Below are positions 49,685 to 61,594 of a stretch of 64,000 nt of DNA, in pieces. The first letter of the stretch is position 1. Every line of letters starts with the position of its first letter. The translations under genes were made by a program, and so were the position numbers. A model generated the notes under the pieces. That model did not search any database. It saw only the letters and a program-made list of their open reading frames with translations, and was not told the origin of the DNA. This DNA comes from Allosphingosinicella sp. (GTDB lineage: Bacteria; Pseudomonadota; Alphaproteobacteria; Sphingomonadales; Sphingomonadaceae). The DNA lies in the NCBI GenBank assembly GCA_036386295.1, contig DASVVX010000006.1, forward strand, positions 1,431 through 65,430, read 5' to 3'.

Positions 49685-50664
49685 TCACGGAATCAGCACC
49701 GTCGACCCCGTCGTCGCCCGGGCCTCGAGCGCCCGGTGGGCGTCGGCGGCCTTGAGCAGCGGGAAGGTGGCGCCGATTCGGATCGTCACCGCGCCTTTCT
49801 CGATCATCTCGAACAGCCGCGCCGCCGAGGCCTGCAGCTCCTCGGCCGTCCGGCAATAATCGGCGAGGGTGGGACGGGTGACGAAGACCGAGCCGGCGCC
49901 GAGCAGGTCGATCGCGGTGAAGGGCGGCACTGGCCCCGAGGCGTTGCCGTAGGTCACGACGAGCCCGCGCCGGGCGACCGAGCCGAGCGAGGCCGCCCAG
50001 CTCGCGGCTCCGACGCCGTCGAGGACGACCGGCACGCCCTTGCCGTCGGTCAGCGCGCGCACCTCGGCGGCGAGAGCGTCCATCGGGCAGCACAGGGCAT
50101 GGTCGGCGCCGAGCTCCGCGGCCAGCGCCGCCTTGCGGCTGTCCCGGCATGGGCGATCACGGTCGCCCCGGCCGCCTTCAGCCACTGGACGAGGATCGAG
50201 CCCATCCCGCCGGCTGCGGCATGGACGAGGACCGTCTGTCCCGCCTCCACCCGGGCGCACCGCTCGACGAGATATTCGGCGGTGCAGCCTTTGAGCATCG
50301 CCGCCGCCGCCTGCTCGGCGCCGAGCGAATCGGGCAGCCTGACCAGCCGGTCCGCGGCGATGACGCGATGGGTCGCGTAGGATCCGAGCGGGCCGGTGAA
50401 ATAGCCGACCCGGTGGCCTTCGCGAAACGCGGTCACACCTTCCCCGACCGACTCGACGATTCCCGCGCCCTCCCCGCCCAGGCCCGAGGGAAGGGGAAGC
50501 TTGTAGAGGCCGGAGCGGTGATAGGTGTCGATGAAGTTCAGCCCCACCGCCTCGTGCCGGACCAGCACCTCGCCAGGTCCCGGACGAGGCACGTCGATAT
50601 GCTCCGCTTCGAGCTTCTCGGGGCCGCCGGTTTCGCGGAGGACGAAGGCGTAGGGGTCGGTCAT
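49685..50664 (-). pseudogene. qor: Quinone oxidoreductase with a single frameshift near 50143 (pseudogene or sequencing error)
   Basis: GLNFID.YHRSGLY and HAAAGG motifs in one frame; DGVG, YGNASG and RPTL motifs in another; join at GCCGGG|ACAGC. Confidence 0.82.
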
Positions 50665-51107
50665 CTCGCTCCCGCTGCAAGCGTCGGCCAGGCCCGGAAG
50701 GTTCCGACCGCGTAGGTGATTCCGAAGGCGAGCACGATCAGCGAGCTCCACCACAGGAACGGGCTCGCCCTGCCCCCGTTCATCGCCAGAGCCGGCGCCA
50801 GCACGAGGCCGCGGAGCAGATAGACGGCGGTGATCGTCACCAGCGCGGTCCGCAGCAGCGGCAGGCGCGGGATAAGCCCGGCCCCGGCGAGGGCGTAGGC
50901 CGACCAGATCGCCAGAACGCTCGCGATCAGCAAGGTGATCAGAGCCGGCCGCGGCGAGCCGGCTTCGGCCAGCCTCGCCATGCGCTCGCCGGCGCCGAGG
51001 AATCGGTACCAGCCCGGGCCGCCGGCGATCGTCGCCAGATGGAGGAGGGCCGCGGCGCCGCTGAGCGCGGCCGCGGCGATCAGCCAGGGTTGCCGGGCAT
51101 CGCTCAT
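50661..51107 (-). CDS. Four-TM hypothetical membrane protein
   Basis: Hydrophobic segments, GGP.WYRF.GAGE motif; stop coupled to qor. Confidence 0.8.
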   Translation of the reverse strand: MSDARQPWLIAAAALSGAAALLHLATIAGGPGWYRFLGAGERMARLAEAGSPRPALITLLIASVLAIWSAYALAGAGLIPRLPLLRTALVTITAVYLLRGLVLAPALAMNGGRASPFLWWSSLIVLAFGITYAVGTFRAWPTLAAGAR

Positions 51108-51802
51108 CCGATATGTCGGGCGAAGAATTCCTCGGTCCGCCGGTCGGCCAGCTCAGCCGCCGCCTCGCTGCGCCTCTGCCCCGTCTCCGCGGCGAAGCCG
51201 TGGTCCTCGCCGGGATAGTCGTGGAGGGTGACCCGGGGATGGTCGTCGAGGCCCTCGTGCATCGCCTGCTGCTGGTCCGGGCCGACGAAATGGTCGGCGC
51301 CGGCGATGTGCAGCATCAGCGGGTTGGCGATGGCATGCTTCTCGCCGAGCAGGCCCGGAACCCCGACGGCATAATAGCCGACGCTGGCGTCGGCGTCGGT
51401 ACGCGCCGCGACCATGAAGGCGAGTCGGCCGCCGAGACAATAGCCGACGACCCCCACCTTGCCGGCCTCGCCCAGCCTTGAGCGGGCGGTCCGGATCGTG
51501 GCTTCGAGGTCGCGGACGCCCTGGCCCTGGTCGAAGCGATTCATCAGGTCCAGCGCCTGCTTGAACTGCTCGGGCACATCGGGATCGAGCTCGACCCGGG
51601 GCTCGAGCCGCCAGAACAGATCGGGCGCGAGCGCGAAATAGCCCTTCTCCGCCCATTTGTCGCACTTGCGCCGGATGCCCTCGTTGACTCCGAATATCTC
51701 CTGGATGACGACGATGGCCGCCTTCGGCGTGCCGCCGGGCTCGGCCACATAGGCGTCGAAGCCGCCGTCGCCCTCGAGCGTGTCGATCCGGATCGTCCCC
51801 AT
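51104..51802 (-). CDS. Dienelactone hydrolase family protein
   Basis: QEIFGVN, APDLF, GYCLGG and HGF motifs. Confidence 0.95.
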   Translation of the reverse strand: MGTIRIDTLEGDGGFDAYVAEPGGTPKAAIVVIQEIFGVNEGIRRKCDKWAEKGYFALAPDLFWRLEPRVELDPDVPEQFKQALDLMNRFDQGQGVRDLEATIRTARSRLGEAGKVGVVGYCLGGRLAFMVAARTDADASVGYYAVGVPGLLGEKHAIANPLMLHIAGADHFVGPDQQQAMHEGLDDHPRVTLHDYPGEDHGFAAETGQRRSEAAAELADRRTEEFFARHIG

Positions 51803-51872
51803 CCAACCCTCCTGCTTGTGTCTCGCGGCGCTTCTATACACATAGCGGCGAGACCAGCGGAAGGACCCGGCC

Positions 51873-52109
51873 ATGAAGATCAGCGTCGATGTCGACTGCA
51901 CCCCCGAGGAGGCGCGCCGATTCCTCGGCCTGCCGGACCTCACTCCGGTCCATCAGGCCTATGTCGAGCGAATGACCAAGGTCGCGAGCGAGGGGCTCAC
52001 CGCCGATTCGGCGGCCGAGATGATGAAGGCCTGGGGCCCGATGAACGAGGCCGGCATGGCGATGTGGCGCTCGATGCTGGAGGGGATGAGCGGCCGGCGT
52101 GACGGCTGA
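51873..52109 (+). CDS. DUF6489-like small protein
   Basis: VDCTPEEARRFLGLPD motif; precedes mnmE. Confidence 0.8.
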   Translation: MKISVDVDCTPEEARRFLGLPDLTPVHQAYVERMTKVASEGLTADSAAEMMKAWGPMNEAGMAMWRSMLEGMSGRRDG

Positions 52110-53373
52110 CACCATCTTCGCTTTGTCGTCCGGGTCCCCGCCCGCCGCCGTGGCGGTGGTCCGGATCAGCGGTCCGGGCGCGGCGGGCGCGCTTCGGGCG
52201 CTGGCGGGGCATATTCCCGAAGCGCGCAAGGCGACCCTGGTCAGCCTCAGCGCCGCCGGCGAGCCGCTCGACCGGGCGCTGGCGTTATGGTTCGCCGGTC
52301 CCCGCAGCGCCACCGGCGAGGATGTCGCCGAGCTCCACTTGCACGGCGGGCGGGCGGTGGTCGCGGCGGTGCTCCAGGCGCTGGCTGCGCTGGAGGGCCT
52401 GCGACCCGCCGAGCCGGGCGAGTTCACCCGCCGCGCTTTCGAGAACGGCCGAATCGACCTGGCGGAGGCGGAGGGGCTCGCCGACCTGCTCGCCGCCGAA
52501 ACCGAGTCGCAGCGGCGCTCGGCGCTGGCCCTGGCGGGCGGCGCGCTCAGCCGGCGGGTGGAGGCATGGCGTCAGTCGCTGCTCGGCCTCGCGGCGTCCC
52601 TGGAAGCGGCGCTCGACTTTTCCGACGAGGGCGAGGTGGGCGAAGCCTGGCCGGCCGGATGGCGCGAGAGCCTGGAGGCCCTGTCCGGCGAGATCGCCGC
52701 GCTGCTGGCGAGGCCGCCGTCCGAGCGGCTGAGGGACGGGCTGCGGGTCGTCATCGCGGGGCCGCCAAACGCCGGAAAATCCAGTCTTCTCAACGCTCTA
52801 GCCCAGAGAGACGCGGCCATTACCTCGGCCGTTCCGGGCACCACCCGCGATCTGATCGAGGCTCCGACCTCGATCGGCGGGATGCCTTTCGTCCTGATCG
52901 ATACGGCGGGCCTCCGCGACGGCGCCGAGGACGTGGAGCGCGTCGGGGTCGCCAGGGCGAAGGCGAGCCTCGAAGCGGCCGACCTCGTCCTCTGGCTGGG
53001 AGAGCCGGGAGAGGCGCCCCGCACCGCGCCGACGATCCTGGTCCGATCCAAATCAGATCTGGGCGGGAGCGAAGGGGACGTCGGGTTGCGGGTATCGTCC
53101 CTCACCGGGGAGGGCCTCGACAGGCTGACGGCCGCCTTGTCGGCACACGGAGCGCGACTGCTGCCCGGCGAGGCGGAAGTGACCGCCAATGCCCGGCAAC
53201 GCGGCGCCCTGCGAAACGTTCTTCGCCACCTCGGCGAGGCCTCGGCCGATGACATGCTCGTTGCCGCGGAGGCGTTGCGCCAGGCGCGAATTGAGCTCGA
53301 TCTAATCACGGGACGCGCGGGCGTGGAGGATATGCTCGACGCTCTGTTCAGCCGTTTCTGCGTAGGAAAATGA
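52099..53373 (+). CDS. mnmE: tRNA modification GTPase MnmE
   Basis: [37 protein letters not shown] and FCVGK motifs. Confidence 0.97.
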   Translation: MTADTIFALSSGSPPAAVAVVRISGPGAAGALRALAGHIPEARKATLVSLSAAGEPLDRALALWFAGPRSATGEDVAELHLHGGRAVVAAVLQALAALEGLRPAEPGEFTRRAFENGRIDLAEAEGLADLLAAETESQRRSALALAGGALSRRVEAWRQSLLGLAASLEAALDFSDEGEVGEAWPAGWRESLEALSGEIAALLARPPSERLRDGLRVVIAGPPNAGKSSLLNALAQRDAAITSAVPGTTRDLIEAPTSIGGMPFVLIDTAGLRDGAEDVERVGVARAKASLEAADLVLWLGEPGEAPRTAPTILVRSKSDLGGSEGDVGLRVSSLTGEGLDRLTAALSAHGARLLPGEAEVTANARQRGALRNVLRHLGEASADDMLVAAEALRQARIELDLITGRAGVEDMLDALFSRFCVGK

Positions 53374-55283
53374 ACGCCATGGACCTTGCCGGCGCTTCAT
53401 TGTTCCACGTGGAACATGTAGAGCGCGCATCGGTGCAACGTAATTTCGATATCGTCGTCGTAGGGGGCGGGCATGCGGGGTGCGAGGCCGCCTCCGCCGC
53501 GGCCCGCATGGGCGCATCGGTGGCGCTGCTCAGCTTTGCGCGCGCCCAGATCGGCGCCATGTCGTGCAACCCCGCGATCGGCGGGCTGGGCAAGGGCCAT
53601 CTCGTCCGCGAGGTGGATGCCTTCGACGGGCTGATCGCCCGCGCCGCCGACGCGGCCGGAATCCACTATCGGATGCTCAACGCGAGCAAGGGCGCCGCCG
53701 TGCGCGGGCCCCGAGTGCAGGCCGACCGGCGCATGTTCAAGGCCGCGATCCATCGATTGCTCGAAGAGCAGCGCGGAGTGGAGATCGTGGAGGGCGAGGC
53801 GGCGGCGCTTGCGCTCGACGGCCGTCGGGCGACCGGGGTCGTGCTGGCCGACGGGCGGCGGCTGGCCGCCGGCGCCATCGTCCTTGCCACCGGCACCTTT
53901 CTGGGCGGCAAGCTCCACTTCGGAATGACCAGCCGCCCCGGCGGCCGGGTCGGCGAGCGCTCGGCGACGGCGCTCGCCCGCCAGTTGCGGGATCTGGGCC
54001 TGCCGCTCGCCCGGCTCAAGACAGGGACCCCGCCCCGGCTCGACGGCCGCACGATCGACTGGGCCGCGCTCGTGCGCCAGGAATCGGACCCGGGCGACTG
54101 GACGATGTCGCCCATGTCTCCGGCGCGGCCGGCGCCCCAGCTCTTCTGCGCCATCACCCGCACCAATGCCGAGACCCATGCGCTGATCCGCTCCAACCTC
54201 GACCGCTCGCCCCTCTTTGCCGGCGAGATCGAAGGTGTCGGGCCCCGCTACTGTCCTTCGATCGAGGACAAGGTCCACCGCTTCGGCGACCGCGACGGGC
54301 ACCAGATCTTCCTCGAGCCGGAGGGCCTGGACGATGCGGCCGTCTATCCCAACGGCATCTCGACCTCGCTTCCCGAGGACGTGCAGTCCGCGATGGTGCG
54401 CTCGATGGCCGGCCTCGAACGCGCCCGGATCCTGCAGCCCGGATATGCGGTCGAATATGACCATGTCGACCCGCGCATCCTCGAGCCGACCCTCGGGGTG
54501 CGCGACGTCGAGGGCCTCTATCTGGCCGGGCAGATAAACGGCACCACCGGCTATGAGGAGGCCGCCGCGCAGGGCCTGGTCGCCGGACTCAACGCGGCTG
54601 CGTGGGCCGGGGGGAGCGCTCCGGTCATGTTCGACCGCGGCGACAGCTATATCGGGGTGATGGTAGACGACCTGGTCCTGCAAGGCGTGACCGAGCCCTA
54701 TCGGATGCTCACCGCCCGGGCCGAATATCGCCTGCGGCTGCGCGCCGACAATGCCGAAGCGCGGCTGACGCCGAAGGCGATCGCGGCGGGGTGCGTCTCG
54801 CCGGTCCGGCGGGCGGCGTTCGAGCGAAGGCGCGCCGAGCGCGCGATGGTCGAGCGCCATCTCTCCCGCGTCTTGAGCGCTGCCCAGCTCAGGGCGGCGG
54901 GCGTTCCCCTCCAGGCCGAAGGCGAGCGCCGGAAGCTCGCACAATGGCTTCGCTTCCCCGCGGTGGATGCCGCGGCCCTCCTGCGGCTGGAGCCCGCCCT
55001 TGGGAGCGCCAGCCGGCCTGCCCTCGACGAAGCGGTCGAGGATCATCGCTACGCGCCCTATGTCGAGCGCCAGCAGGCGGAAGTGGCGAGGCTGCAAAGC
55101 GACGAGAAGCTCCGGCTTCCAGGAGATCTGGATTACGGTTCGGTTCCCGGCCTCTCGACTGAGATGGTGGAGAAGCTCGCCGCTGCCAAACCATCCACCT
55201 TGGGCGCGGCCCGGCGCATCCGCGGTATCACGCCCGCCGCTTTGGCCGCGATCATTGTCCATTCGCGCCGTAAGGCGGCGTGA
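53370..55283 (+). CDS. mnmG: tRNA uridine 5-carboxymethylaminomethyl modification enzyme MnmG
   Basis: [38 protein letters not shown] and [13 protein letters not shown] motifs; start 53370 or near 53433. Confidence 0.97.
   Translation: MNAMDLAGASLFHVEHVERASVQRNFDIVVVGGGHAGCEAASAAARMGASVALLSFARAQIGAMSCNPAIGGLGKGHLVREVDAFDGLIARAADAAGIHYRMLNASKGAAVRGPRVQADRRMFKAAIHRLLEEQRGVEIVEGEAAALALDGRRATGVVLADGRRLAAGAIVLATGTFLGGKLHFGMTSRPGGRVGERSATALARQLRDLGLPLARLKTGTPPRLDGRTIDWAALVRQESDPGDWTMSPMSPARPAPQLFCAITRTNAETHALIRSNLDRSPLFAGEIEGVGPRYCPSIEDKVHRFGDRDGHQIFLEPEGLDDAAVYPNGISTSLPEDVQSAMVRSMAGLERARILQPGYAVEYDHVDPRILEPTLGVRDVEGLYLAGQINGTTGYEEAAAQGLVAGLNAAAWAGGSAPVMFDRGDSYIGVMVDDLVLQGVTEPYRMLTARAEYRLRLRADNAEARLTPKAIAAGCVSPVRRAAFERRRAERAMVERHLSRVLSAAQLRAAGVPLQAEGERRKLAQWLRFPAVDAAALLRLEPALGSASRPALDEAVEDHRYAPYVERQQAEVARLQSDEKLRLPGDLDYGSVPGLSTEMVEKLAAAKPSTLGAARRIRGITPAALAAIIVHSRRKAA
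53401..53416. other. parS centromere site
   Basis: Perfect palindrome TGTTCCACGTGGAACA. Confidence 0.93.
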
Positions 55284-55909
55284 TGGACGCCGAGGCCGTA
55301 AAACGCGCCCTCGATGTTCCACGTGAAACAATCGAACGCCTCGAGGCCTTCGAAATACTGCTCAGAGACGCGAACGAGCGCCAGAATCTCGTTTCCAGAA
55401 ACTCGCTCGATACGATTTGGGAGCGGCACATTCTCGATTCGGCCCAGTTGGTCCGCTTCGCGCCCCCGCAGGCCGCGACATGGCTCGATCTCGGCACCGG
55501 GGCCGGCTTTCCGGGTCTCATGGTTCCGCTGTTCCACCCCGCACAGGCCATCCTGGTCGAAACGAGGCGCCTCAGGGCCGATTTCCTGCGCGCCGCCGCA
55601 GCCCTGCTCGGCATCTCGGCGAGGGTCGAGATCCTGTCTTCCAGGATCGAGGCGGTTCCACCGCGGGACGTCGACGTGATCAGCGCCCGCGCCTTCGCGC
55701 CGCTGCCGAAGCTTCTCGACCTGGCGGAGCGCTTTTCGAACCCTGAGACGATCTGGATCCTTCCCAAGGGCCGCAATGCCAAGTCCGAACTGGATGCGGC
55801 GCGATCTTCGTGGCAGGGTGACTTCCGTCTCGAACCCAGCCTCACCGATGCCGACGCCCGGATCATCGTCGCGAGCGGGGTTCGCCGCAGAACGAGGGGA
55901 AGACGTTGA
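55280..55909 (+). CDS. rsmG: 16S rRNA m7G527 methyltransferase
   Basis: [20 protein letters not shown] and SARA motifs. Confidence 0.96.
   Translation: MMDAEAVKRALDVPRETIERLEAFEILLRDANERQNLVSRNSLDTIWERHILDSAQLVRFAPPQAATWLDLGTGAGFPGLMVPLFHPAQAILVETRRLRADFLRAAAALLGISARVEILSSRIEAVPPRDVDVISARAFAPLPKLLDLAERFSNPETIWILPKGRNAKSELDAARSSWQGDFRLEPSLTDADARIIVASGVRRRTRGRR
55315..55330. other. parS centromere site within rsmG
   Basis: TGTTCCACGTGAAACA, encoding DVPRET. Confidence 0.92.
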
Positions 55910-56685
55910 TCCGAATCGCGGTGGCCAATCAGAAAGGCGGGGTCGGCAAGACGACGACGGCGATCAATCTCGCTACCGCTCTGGCCGCCACCGGCTGGCG
56001 CGTGCTGCTCATCGACCTCGACCCGCAGGGCAACGCCTCGACGGGCCTGGGCATCGGCCATGCGCTCCGCGACCGGTCGAGCTACGACGTGCTGACCGGC
56101 GGCGCGAGCCTCGACGAGGCGGTGGTCCCGACCAAGGTGCCGCGGCTCGACCTGGTCCCGGCGACGGTCGACCTGTCGGGCGCCGAGATCGAGCTGGTCG
56201 CGCTCGAGGAGCGGACCCACCGGCTCGACTCCGCGCTCGACGCCGCCTCGGCGCGCTGGGACGTCTGCCTGATCGACTGCCCGCCGAGCCTCGGGCTCCT
56301 GACCATCAACGCGCTCGTCGCGGCCCAATCGATCCTCGTTCCGCTCCAGACGGAATTCTTTGCTTTGGAAGGACTTAGCCAGCTTCTGCAGACGATCGAA
56401 CGGATCCGCGCCCGGTTCAATCCGGAGCTCTCGATCCTCGGCGTCGCGCTGACCATGTTCGACCGCCGCAACAACCTCTCCTCGCAGGTCGCCGACGATG
56501 TCCGGGCCTGCCTCGGCAAGGTGGTGTTCGAAACCGTGATCCCGCGCAACGTCCGGCTCTCGGAAGCGCCCAGCCACGGCATCCCGGCCCTGATCTACGA
56601 CCATCGCTGCCCGGGCAGCGAGGCCTATATGGCGCTCGCCCGAGAGACGATCGGCCGGCTGCCCAAGCGGGCGGCCGCGGCGTGA
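55906..56685 (+). CDS. parA: Chromosome partitioning ATPase
   Basis: NQKGGVGKTTT, DLDPQGN, DCPPSL and IPRNVRLSEAPSHG motifs. Confidence 0.97.
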   Translation: MIRIAVANQKGGVGKTTTAINLATALAATGWRVLLIDLDPQGNASTGLGIGHALRDRSSYDVLTGGASLDEAVVPTKVPRLDLVPATVDLSGAEIELVALEERTHRLDSALDAASARWDVCLIDCPPSLGLLTINALVAAQSILVPLQTEFFALEGLSQLLQTIERIRARFNPELSILGVALTMFDRRNNLSSQVADDVRACLGKVVFETVIPRNVRLSEAPSHGIPALIYDHRCPGSEAYMALARETIGRLPKRAAAA

Positions 56686-57575
56686 GCGACGACCCGCCCC
56701 GCAAGCGCCCTTCCGGGCTGGGCCGCGGCCTCTCCTCGCTGCTCGGCGAGGTCGCTCAGGAGGCGCCGGTGACGGGCGGCGTCGCGCCGGCCCGGGGCGG
56801 CATCCAGATGATGCCGGTGTCGTCGATCGAGCCGCATCTCGACCAGCCGCGCCGCCATTTCGACGAGTCGGCGCTCGAGGAACTGGCCGCGTCGATCAAG
56901 GCCCGCGGCCTGATCCAGCCGATCGTCGTGCGCCCGCACGGCCATCGCTACCAGATCGTCGCCGGCGAGCGGCGCTGGCGCGCGGCGCAGCGGGCGCGGC
57001 TGCACGAGATTCCCGTCATCGTCCGCGATTTCGACGATGCCGAGACGCTCGAAGTGGCCCTGCTCGAGAACATCCAGCGCCGCGACCTCAACGCGATCGA
57101 GGAGGCGGAGGGCTACCGGCGCCTGATCGGCGAATATGGCCATACCCAGGAAGCGCTCGGCAAGCTCGTCCACAAGAGCCGGAGCCATATCGCCAATCTG
57201 CTGAGGTTGCTCGATCTGCCCGAGGCTGTCCGCCAGCTGGTCGAGACCGGCGAGCTCAGCATGGGCCATGCGCGCGCGCTGATCGGCTCGGCCGACGCCG
57301 AGGCGCTCGCCCGCGAGGTCGTCGAGCGCGGCCTCTCGGTGCGCGAGACCGAGAAGCTCGCCCGCTTCGGCAAGCCCGGCCGCGAGCGCCAGGGACGGCT
57401 CGAGATCAAGGGCGCCGGCGCCGACATCGAGGCGCTCGAAAGGCAATTGGGGGACATGCTCGGCCTCAAGGTGAAGATCGCCTACCGCCCCGACGGCGGC
57501 ACGGTCGCGCTCAATTACTCGACGCTCGACCAGCTCGACATGATCTGCCAGCGACTCAGCGGCGAGAAGATCTAG
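56682..57575 (+). CDS. parB: Chromosome partitioning protein
   Basis: GLGRGL, QPR, AGERRWRA and ENIQR.DL motifs; HTH KSRSHIAN. Confidence 0.97.
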   Translation: MSDDPPRKRPSGLGRGLSSLLGEVAQEAPVTGGVAPARGGIQMMPVSSIEPHLDQPRRHFDESALEELAASIKARGLIQPIVVRPHGHRYQIVAGERRWRAAQRARLHEIPVIVRDFDDAETLEVALLENIQRRDLNAIEEAEGYRRLIGEYGHTQEALGKLVHKSRSHIANLLRLLDLPEAVRQLVETGELSMGHARALIGSADAEALAREVVERGLSVRETEKLARFGKPGRERQGRLEIKGAGADIEALERQLGDMLGLKVKIAYRPDGGTVALNYSTLDQLDMICQRLSGEKI

Positions 57576-58594
57576 CGCAGCCGGGCCGCCTGGCGGCAGA
57601 TGGCGAACAGTTCCTCGTCGACCGCCCGCGGACCCAGGCCGCCCGGCGACTTGACCTGCCGTTCGGCCTCGAGAAGCCGGCTGACGCTGCGCGCCAGAGC
57701 GTCCGACCGCCAGCGCGAAAGCTGCCTGCCGACGGAGTCTTTTTCCTTCCAGAACAATGACTTGCCTTGTGACGCCATGACGGCGTCGGGGCCGCTGCCG
57801 CGCTCGACCTGGGCGCGCAGCCGGGCGAGAAGGCTCATCCGCCGGAGCACGGCCCGAATGAGGACGATGCCCTCCACGCCTTCCCCCGACAGGCGCAGCA
57901 GCTCGGCCTGGAGCATCGCGGCGTTGCCGCTTCCGACGCTGTCGACGAGCCGGCTCAGATCCCCTTCCTCGGCGGCGGCGCCGACCGCGTCGAGCGCCTC
58001 GTGGTCGAGCGGCCGGGGCCGGTCCGGCGCGGCGTCGAGATAGAGGGCGAGCTTCTGAAGCTCGAGCGCGAGGATGGCGCGGTTGCCGGCGCAGGCGTCG
58101 GCGAGGCGCCGGGCGACGTCCGAGCGCGCAATCAGGCCTTCGGCGCGCGCCATTTCGAGCACGAGCCGCTCCGCTTCCTGCCCTTCGGGCGCATAGCTGG
58201 CGAAGGCCAGCGCGGCCGGCGCGGCGACGGCGAGCTTGAGAAGCTTCGAGGCCGGCTTGAGCGCGCCGGCGACGAGGAGGACCGGATTGCCGGCCGCCGG
58301 CGCCTCAAGCAGGGCCTCGACCGCGGCGACGCACTCGTCACCGGCGGGCTGGACGACGATGTAGCGGGCGCCGCCGAACAGCGAGATCGACGCCGCCTCG
58401 TCGGCGAGGCGGGCCGGGTCGGCCCTGAGCTCGGCGCCGGTCAGCTCGACCCGCTCCGCCCCCTCGCCGGCCCCCGCCCCGGCGAGCCTGACGAGGGCGT
58501 TCGATCCCGATTCATCGGGGCCGTAGAGCAGGAAGACGCGATAGCCAGAGGGGCTGCGCAGCGCCCGCTCCATCTCGGCCCTTTTCGCCTTCAC
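57572..58594 (-). CDS. holA: DNA polymerase III delta subunit
   Basis: LLYGPD, DEA..ISLFGG and ELQKLALY motifs; leuS-lptE-holA synteny. Confidence 0.92.
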   Translation of the reverse strand: MKAKRAEMERALRSPSGYRVFLLYGPDESGSNALVRLAGAGAGEGAERVELTGAELRADPARLADEAASISLFGGARYIVVQPAGDECVAAVEALLEAPAAGNPVLLVAGALKPASKLLKLAVAAPAALAFASYAPEGQEAERLVLEMARAEGLIARSDVARRLADACAGNRAILALELQKLALYLDAAPDRPRPLDHEALDAVGAAAEEGDLSRLVDSVGSGNAAMLQAELLRLSGEGVEGIVLIRAVLRRMSLLARLRAQVERGSGPDAVMASQGKSLFWKEKDSVGRQLSRWRSDALARSVSRLLEAERQVKSPGGLGPRAVDEELFAICRQAARLR

Positions 58595-59082
58595 GGCGCC
58601 TCGCCGCTGCGCCTCGCATAGAGGGCGATTCGAGTGACGATCTGGTCGGCGATCTCCTTCGACAGCCGCTCGAGCGCGGTCTGCTCGGCGGCGACCGTGG
58701 CATATTCGGAGCCGACCACGTCGATTCCGGCGTCCGAGCCTGCCGTCGCATCGAGCAGCACGGTCCCCTTGGCGGCGTCGACCAGCCGGTAGCGGGCTCG
58801 AAGGGTCCGCCGCTCGCGGGTGACCGCGTCGTCGGAGCGGATTCCGAAGCCGGTGATGTCGTCGTCGAGCAGGACTTCCAGGCGGTAGCGGACGGCTCCG
58901 GCCTCGGGGGCGCCGAGCCGGTCCTCGAGGGCGGTGCGGACCAGCCAGCCGGCCCGTCCGTCGATCGGGCCGACGGCGATCGAGCGCAGCGACCGGGCGA
59001 CCGGCCCGCCGCCGCCGCCGGTGTAGAGCGGCTGCAGACCGCAGCCGGCGAGAAGCAGGGTCAGGACCAGCAGGCGCTTCAT
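58591..59082 (-). CDS. lptE: LptE-family lipoprotein
   Basis: [12 protein letters not shown] lipobox; position between leuS and holA. Confidence 0.88.
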   Translation of the reverse strand: MKRLLVLTLLLAGCGLQPLYTGGGGGPVARSLRSIAVGPIDGRAGWLVRTALEDRLGAPEAGAVRYRLEVLLDDDITGFGIRSDDAVTRERRTLRARYRLVDAAKGTVLLDATAGSDAGIDVVGSEYATVAAEQTALERLSKEIADQIVTRIALYARRSGEAP

Positions 59083-61580
59083 GCGACCAGATTGACCAGT
59101 CGGTCCGGGACGACGATCACCTTGCGCGGCGGCTTGCCGTCGAGCAGGCGCGTCACCTTCTCCGAAGCGAGCGCCATCTCTTCCAAAGTCTCTCTGGCAG
59201 CGCCCCTCGGCGCGGTCAGAGTGTCGCGCAGCTTGCCGTTGACCTGGACGGCGATCGTCACCTCGTCCTCGACGAGCAATGCGGGGTCGGCGGCCGGCCA
59301 GTCCGCTTCCGCGATCAGGCCCTCGCGGCCGAGGGCGGCCCAGGCCTCCTCGGCGAGGTGCGGGACCATCGGCGCGGCGAGGCGGATGAGGGTTTCCACG
59401 CCCCGGCTTCGGGACGGCGAAGGCGCCGCCTTTTCGAGCGCGCTGGTCAGTTCGTAGAGGTTCGCGACCGCCTTGTTGAAGGCGAGCGTCTCGATATTGG
59501 CGCCGACCGCCGCGATGGTGCGATGAACCCTGCGGTCGAGCGCCGAGTCCTCGCCGTCGCCCAGCCAGGTCGAGCCGCCTCGCTCGGCCTCTTCGGCCGC
59601 GAGCCGCCAGATCCGCTGGACGAAGCGCCAGCTGCCCTGGATCCCCGCCTCGCTCCACTCGAGGTCGCGCTCGGGAGGGCTGTCGGAGAGCATGAACCAG
59701 CGCACCGCGTCGGCGCCGTACTGGTCGACGATCGGCTCGGGATCGACCGTGTTTCGCTTCGACTTGGACATCTTCTCGATGCGTCCGCGCGTCACCGGTC
59801 CGGGATGGGTCTCGGCCTCGTCGGGGGTGAGCCAGCGTCCCTCCGGATCCTGGAAGGTGACGTGGGTCACCATGCCCTGGGTGAACAGTCCCTTGAACGG
59901 CTCCTCGACGTCGAGCCGCCCGATCCGCTTCAGCGCCCGGGTCCAGAAACGGGCGTAGAGCAGGTGCAGGATCGCATGCTCGACCCCGCCGATATACTGG
60001 TCGACCGGAAGCCAGCGCTCGGCCTCGGCGCGGTCGAACGGCTCGTCGTCCGGCTGGCTGGCGAAGCGGATGAAATACCAGGACGAATCGACGAAGGTGT
60101 CGAGCGTGTCGGTTTCCCGCCGGGCCGGGCCCCCGCACCCCGGACAATCGACCTTCGCCCATGTCGGATGGCGGTCGAGCGGATTGCCCGGGGTCTCGAA
60201 ATCGATGTCCTCGGGCAGCACCACCGGCAATTGCTCGCGCGGCACCGGCACCGGCCCGCACTTTTCGCAATGGACGATGGGGATCGGCGTCCCCCAGTAG
60301 CGCTGGCGCGACACGCCCCAGTCGCGAAGCCGCCAGACGGTCGTCCCCTCGCCCCAGCCCTCCGCTTCGGCCCGGGCGATGACTTCGCGAATCCCGTCCT
60401 CGGCCGCAAGGCCATCCAGGAAGCGGCTGTTCACCAGCCGACCGGGCCCCGAATAGGCCTCGTCGCCGATCGGCTCCTCGGCCTCTTCCGGCGACGGCGC
60501 GACGACCCGGGTGACCTCGAGGCCGTATTTCCGGGCGAAATCGAGATCGCGCTGGTCGTGGGCGGGGCAGCCGAAAATGGCGCCCGTGCCGTAGTCCATC
60601 AGAACGAAATTGGCGATGTAGACGGGCAGCGTCCAGCCGCTGTCGAGGGGGTGCAGCACCTCGTCTATCTCGAGGCCGAGCTTCTCGGCGGTCTCCAGCT
60701 CCGCCGCGGTGGTGCCGCCCTGCTTGCAGCGCGCGATGAACTCCGCCACCGCGGGGCTCTCGGCTGCGGCTCGCGCAGCGAGAGGGTGGTCGGGCGAGAC
60801 AGCGACGAAGCTCGCGCCGAAGATCGTGTCCGGCCGCGTCGTGAAGACTTCGATCGTCTCGTAGCCGGGAATCGTCTTGAAGCGGAACTTCAGTCCCTGG
60901 CTCCTGCCGATCCAGTTCTCCTGCATCAGCCGGACCTTGTCGGGCCACTGGTCGAGCTCGCCCAACCCGTCGAGCAGCTCCTCGGCGAAATCGGTGATCC
61001 TGAGGAACCACTGGTTGAGCTTGCGGCGCTCGACCGGCGCTCCCGAGCGCCAGCCGCGGCCGTCGATCACCTGCTCGTTGGCGAGCACGGTCATGTCGAC
61101 CGGGTCCCAATTGACCTCGCTCTGCTTCCTGTAGACCAGGCCGGCCTCGTAGAGATCGAGGAACAGCGCCTGCTCATGGCCGTAATATTCCGGTTCGCAG
61201 GTCGCGAGCTCGCGGCTCCAGTCGATCGCGAAGCCGAGCAGCTTGAGCTGCGCCCGCATCGTGTCGATGTTCGAACGGGTCCAGGCGCCGGGATGGACCT
61301 TCTTCTCCATCGCCGCATTCTCGGCCGGCATCCCGAACGCGTCCCAGCCCATCGGATGGAGCACGTCGAACCCGTTCATCCGCTTGTAGCGGGCAAGGAC
61401 GTCGCCCATCGTGTAGTTGCGGACGTGGCCGATGTGGATGCGCCCGGAGGGGTAGGGAAACATCTCGAGGATGTAGGCGCGAGGACGCTCGCCGGCGCCG
61501 GAAGCGTGGAAGGTGCCTTGCTCCTCCCACACTCGCTGCCAGCGCGCGTCGGCCTCGAGCGGGTTGAAACGCGCCGCCAT
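59079..61580 (-). CDS. leuS: Leucine--tRNA ligase
   Basis: [30 protein letters not shown] and KMSKS motifs. Confidence 0.98.
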   Translation of the reverse strand: MAARFNPLEADARWQRVWEEQGTFHASGAGERPRAYILEMFPYPSGRIHIGHVRNYTMGDVLARYKRMNGFDVLHPMGWDAFGMPAENAAMEKKVHPGAWTRSNIDTMRAQLKLLGFAIDWSRELATCEPEYYGHEQALFLDLYEAGLVYRKQSEVNWDPVDMTVLANEQVIDGRGWRSGAPVERRKLNQWFLRITDFAEELLDGLGELDQWPDKVRLMQENWIGRSQGLKFRFKTIPGYETIEVFTTRPDTIFGASFVAVSPDHPLAARAAAESPAVAEFIARCKQGGTTAAELETAEKLGLEIDEVLHPLDSGWTLPVYIANFVLMDYGTGAIFGCPAHDQRDLDFARKYGLEVTRVVAPSPEEAEEPIGDEAYSGPGRLVNSRFLDGLAAEDGIREVIARAEAEGWGEGTTVWRLRDWGVSRQRYWGTPIPIVHCEKCGPVPVPREQLPVVLPEDIDFETPGNPLDRHPTWAKVDCPGCGGPARRETDTLDTFVDSSWYFIRFASQPDDEPFDRAEAERWLPVDQYIGGVEHAILHLLYARFWTRALKRIGRLDVEEPFKGLFTQGMVTHVTFQDPEGRWLTPDEAETHPGPVTRGRIEKMSKSKRNTVDPEPIVDQYGADAVRWFMLSDSPPERDLEWSEAGIQGSWRFVQRIWRLAAEEAERGGSTWLGDGEDSALDRRVHRTIAAVGANIETLAFNKAVANLYELTSALEKAAPSPSRSRGVETLIRLAAPMVPHLAEEAWAALGREGLIAEADWPAADPALLVEDEVTIAVQVNGKLRDTLTAPRGAARETLEEMALASEKVTRLLDGKPPRKVIVVPDRLVNLVA

Positions 61581-61594
61581 GGCGAAATCGCTCC

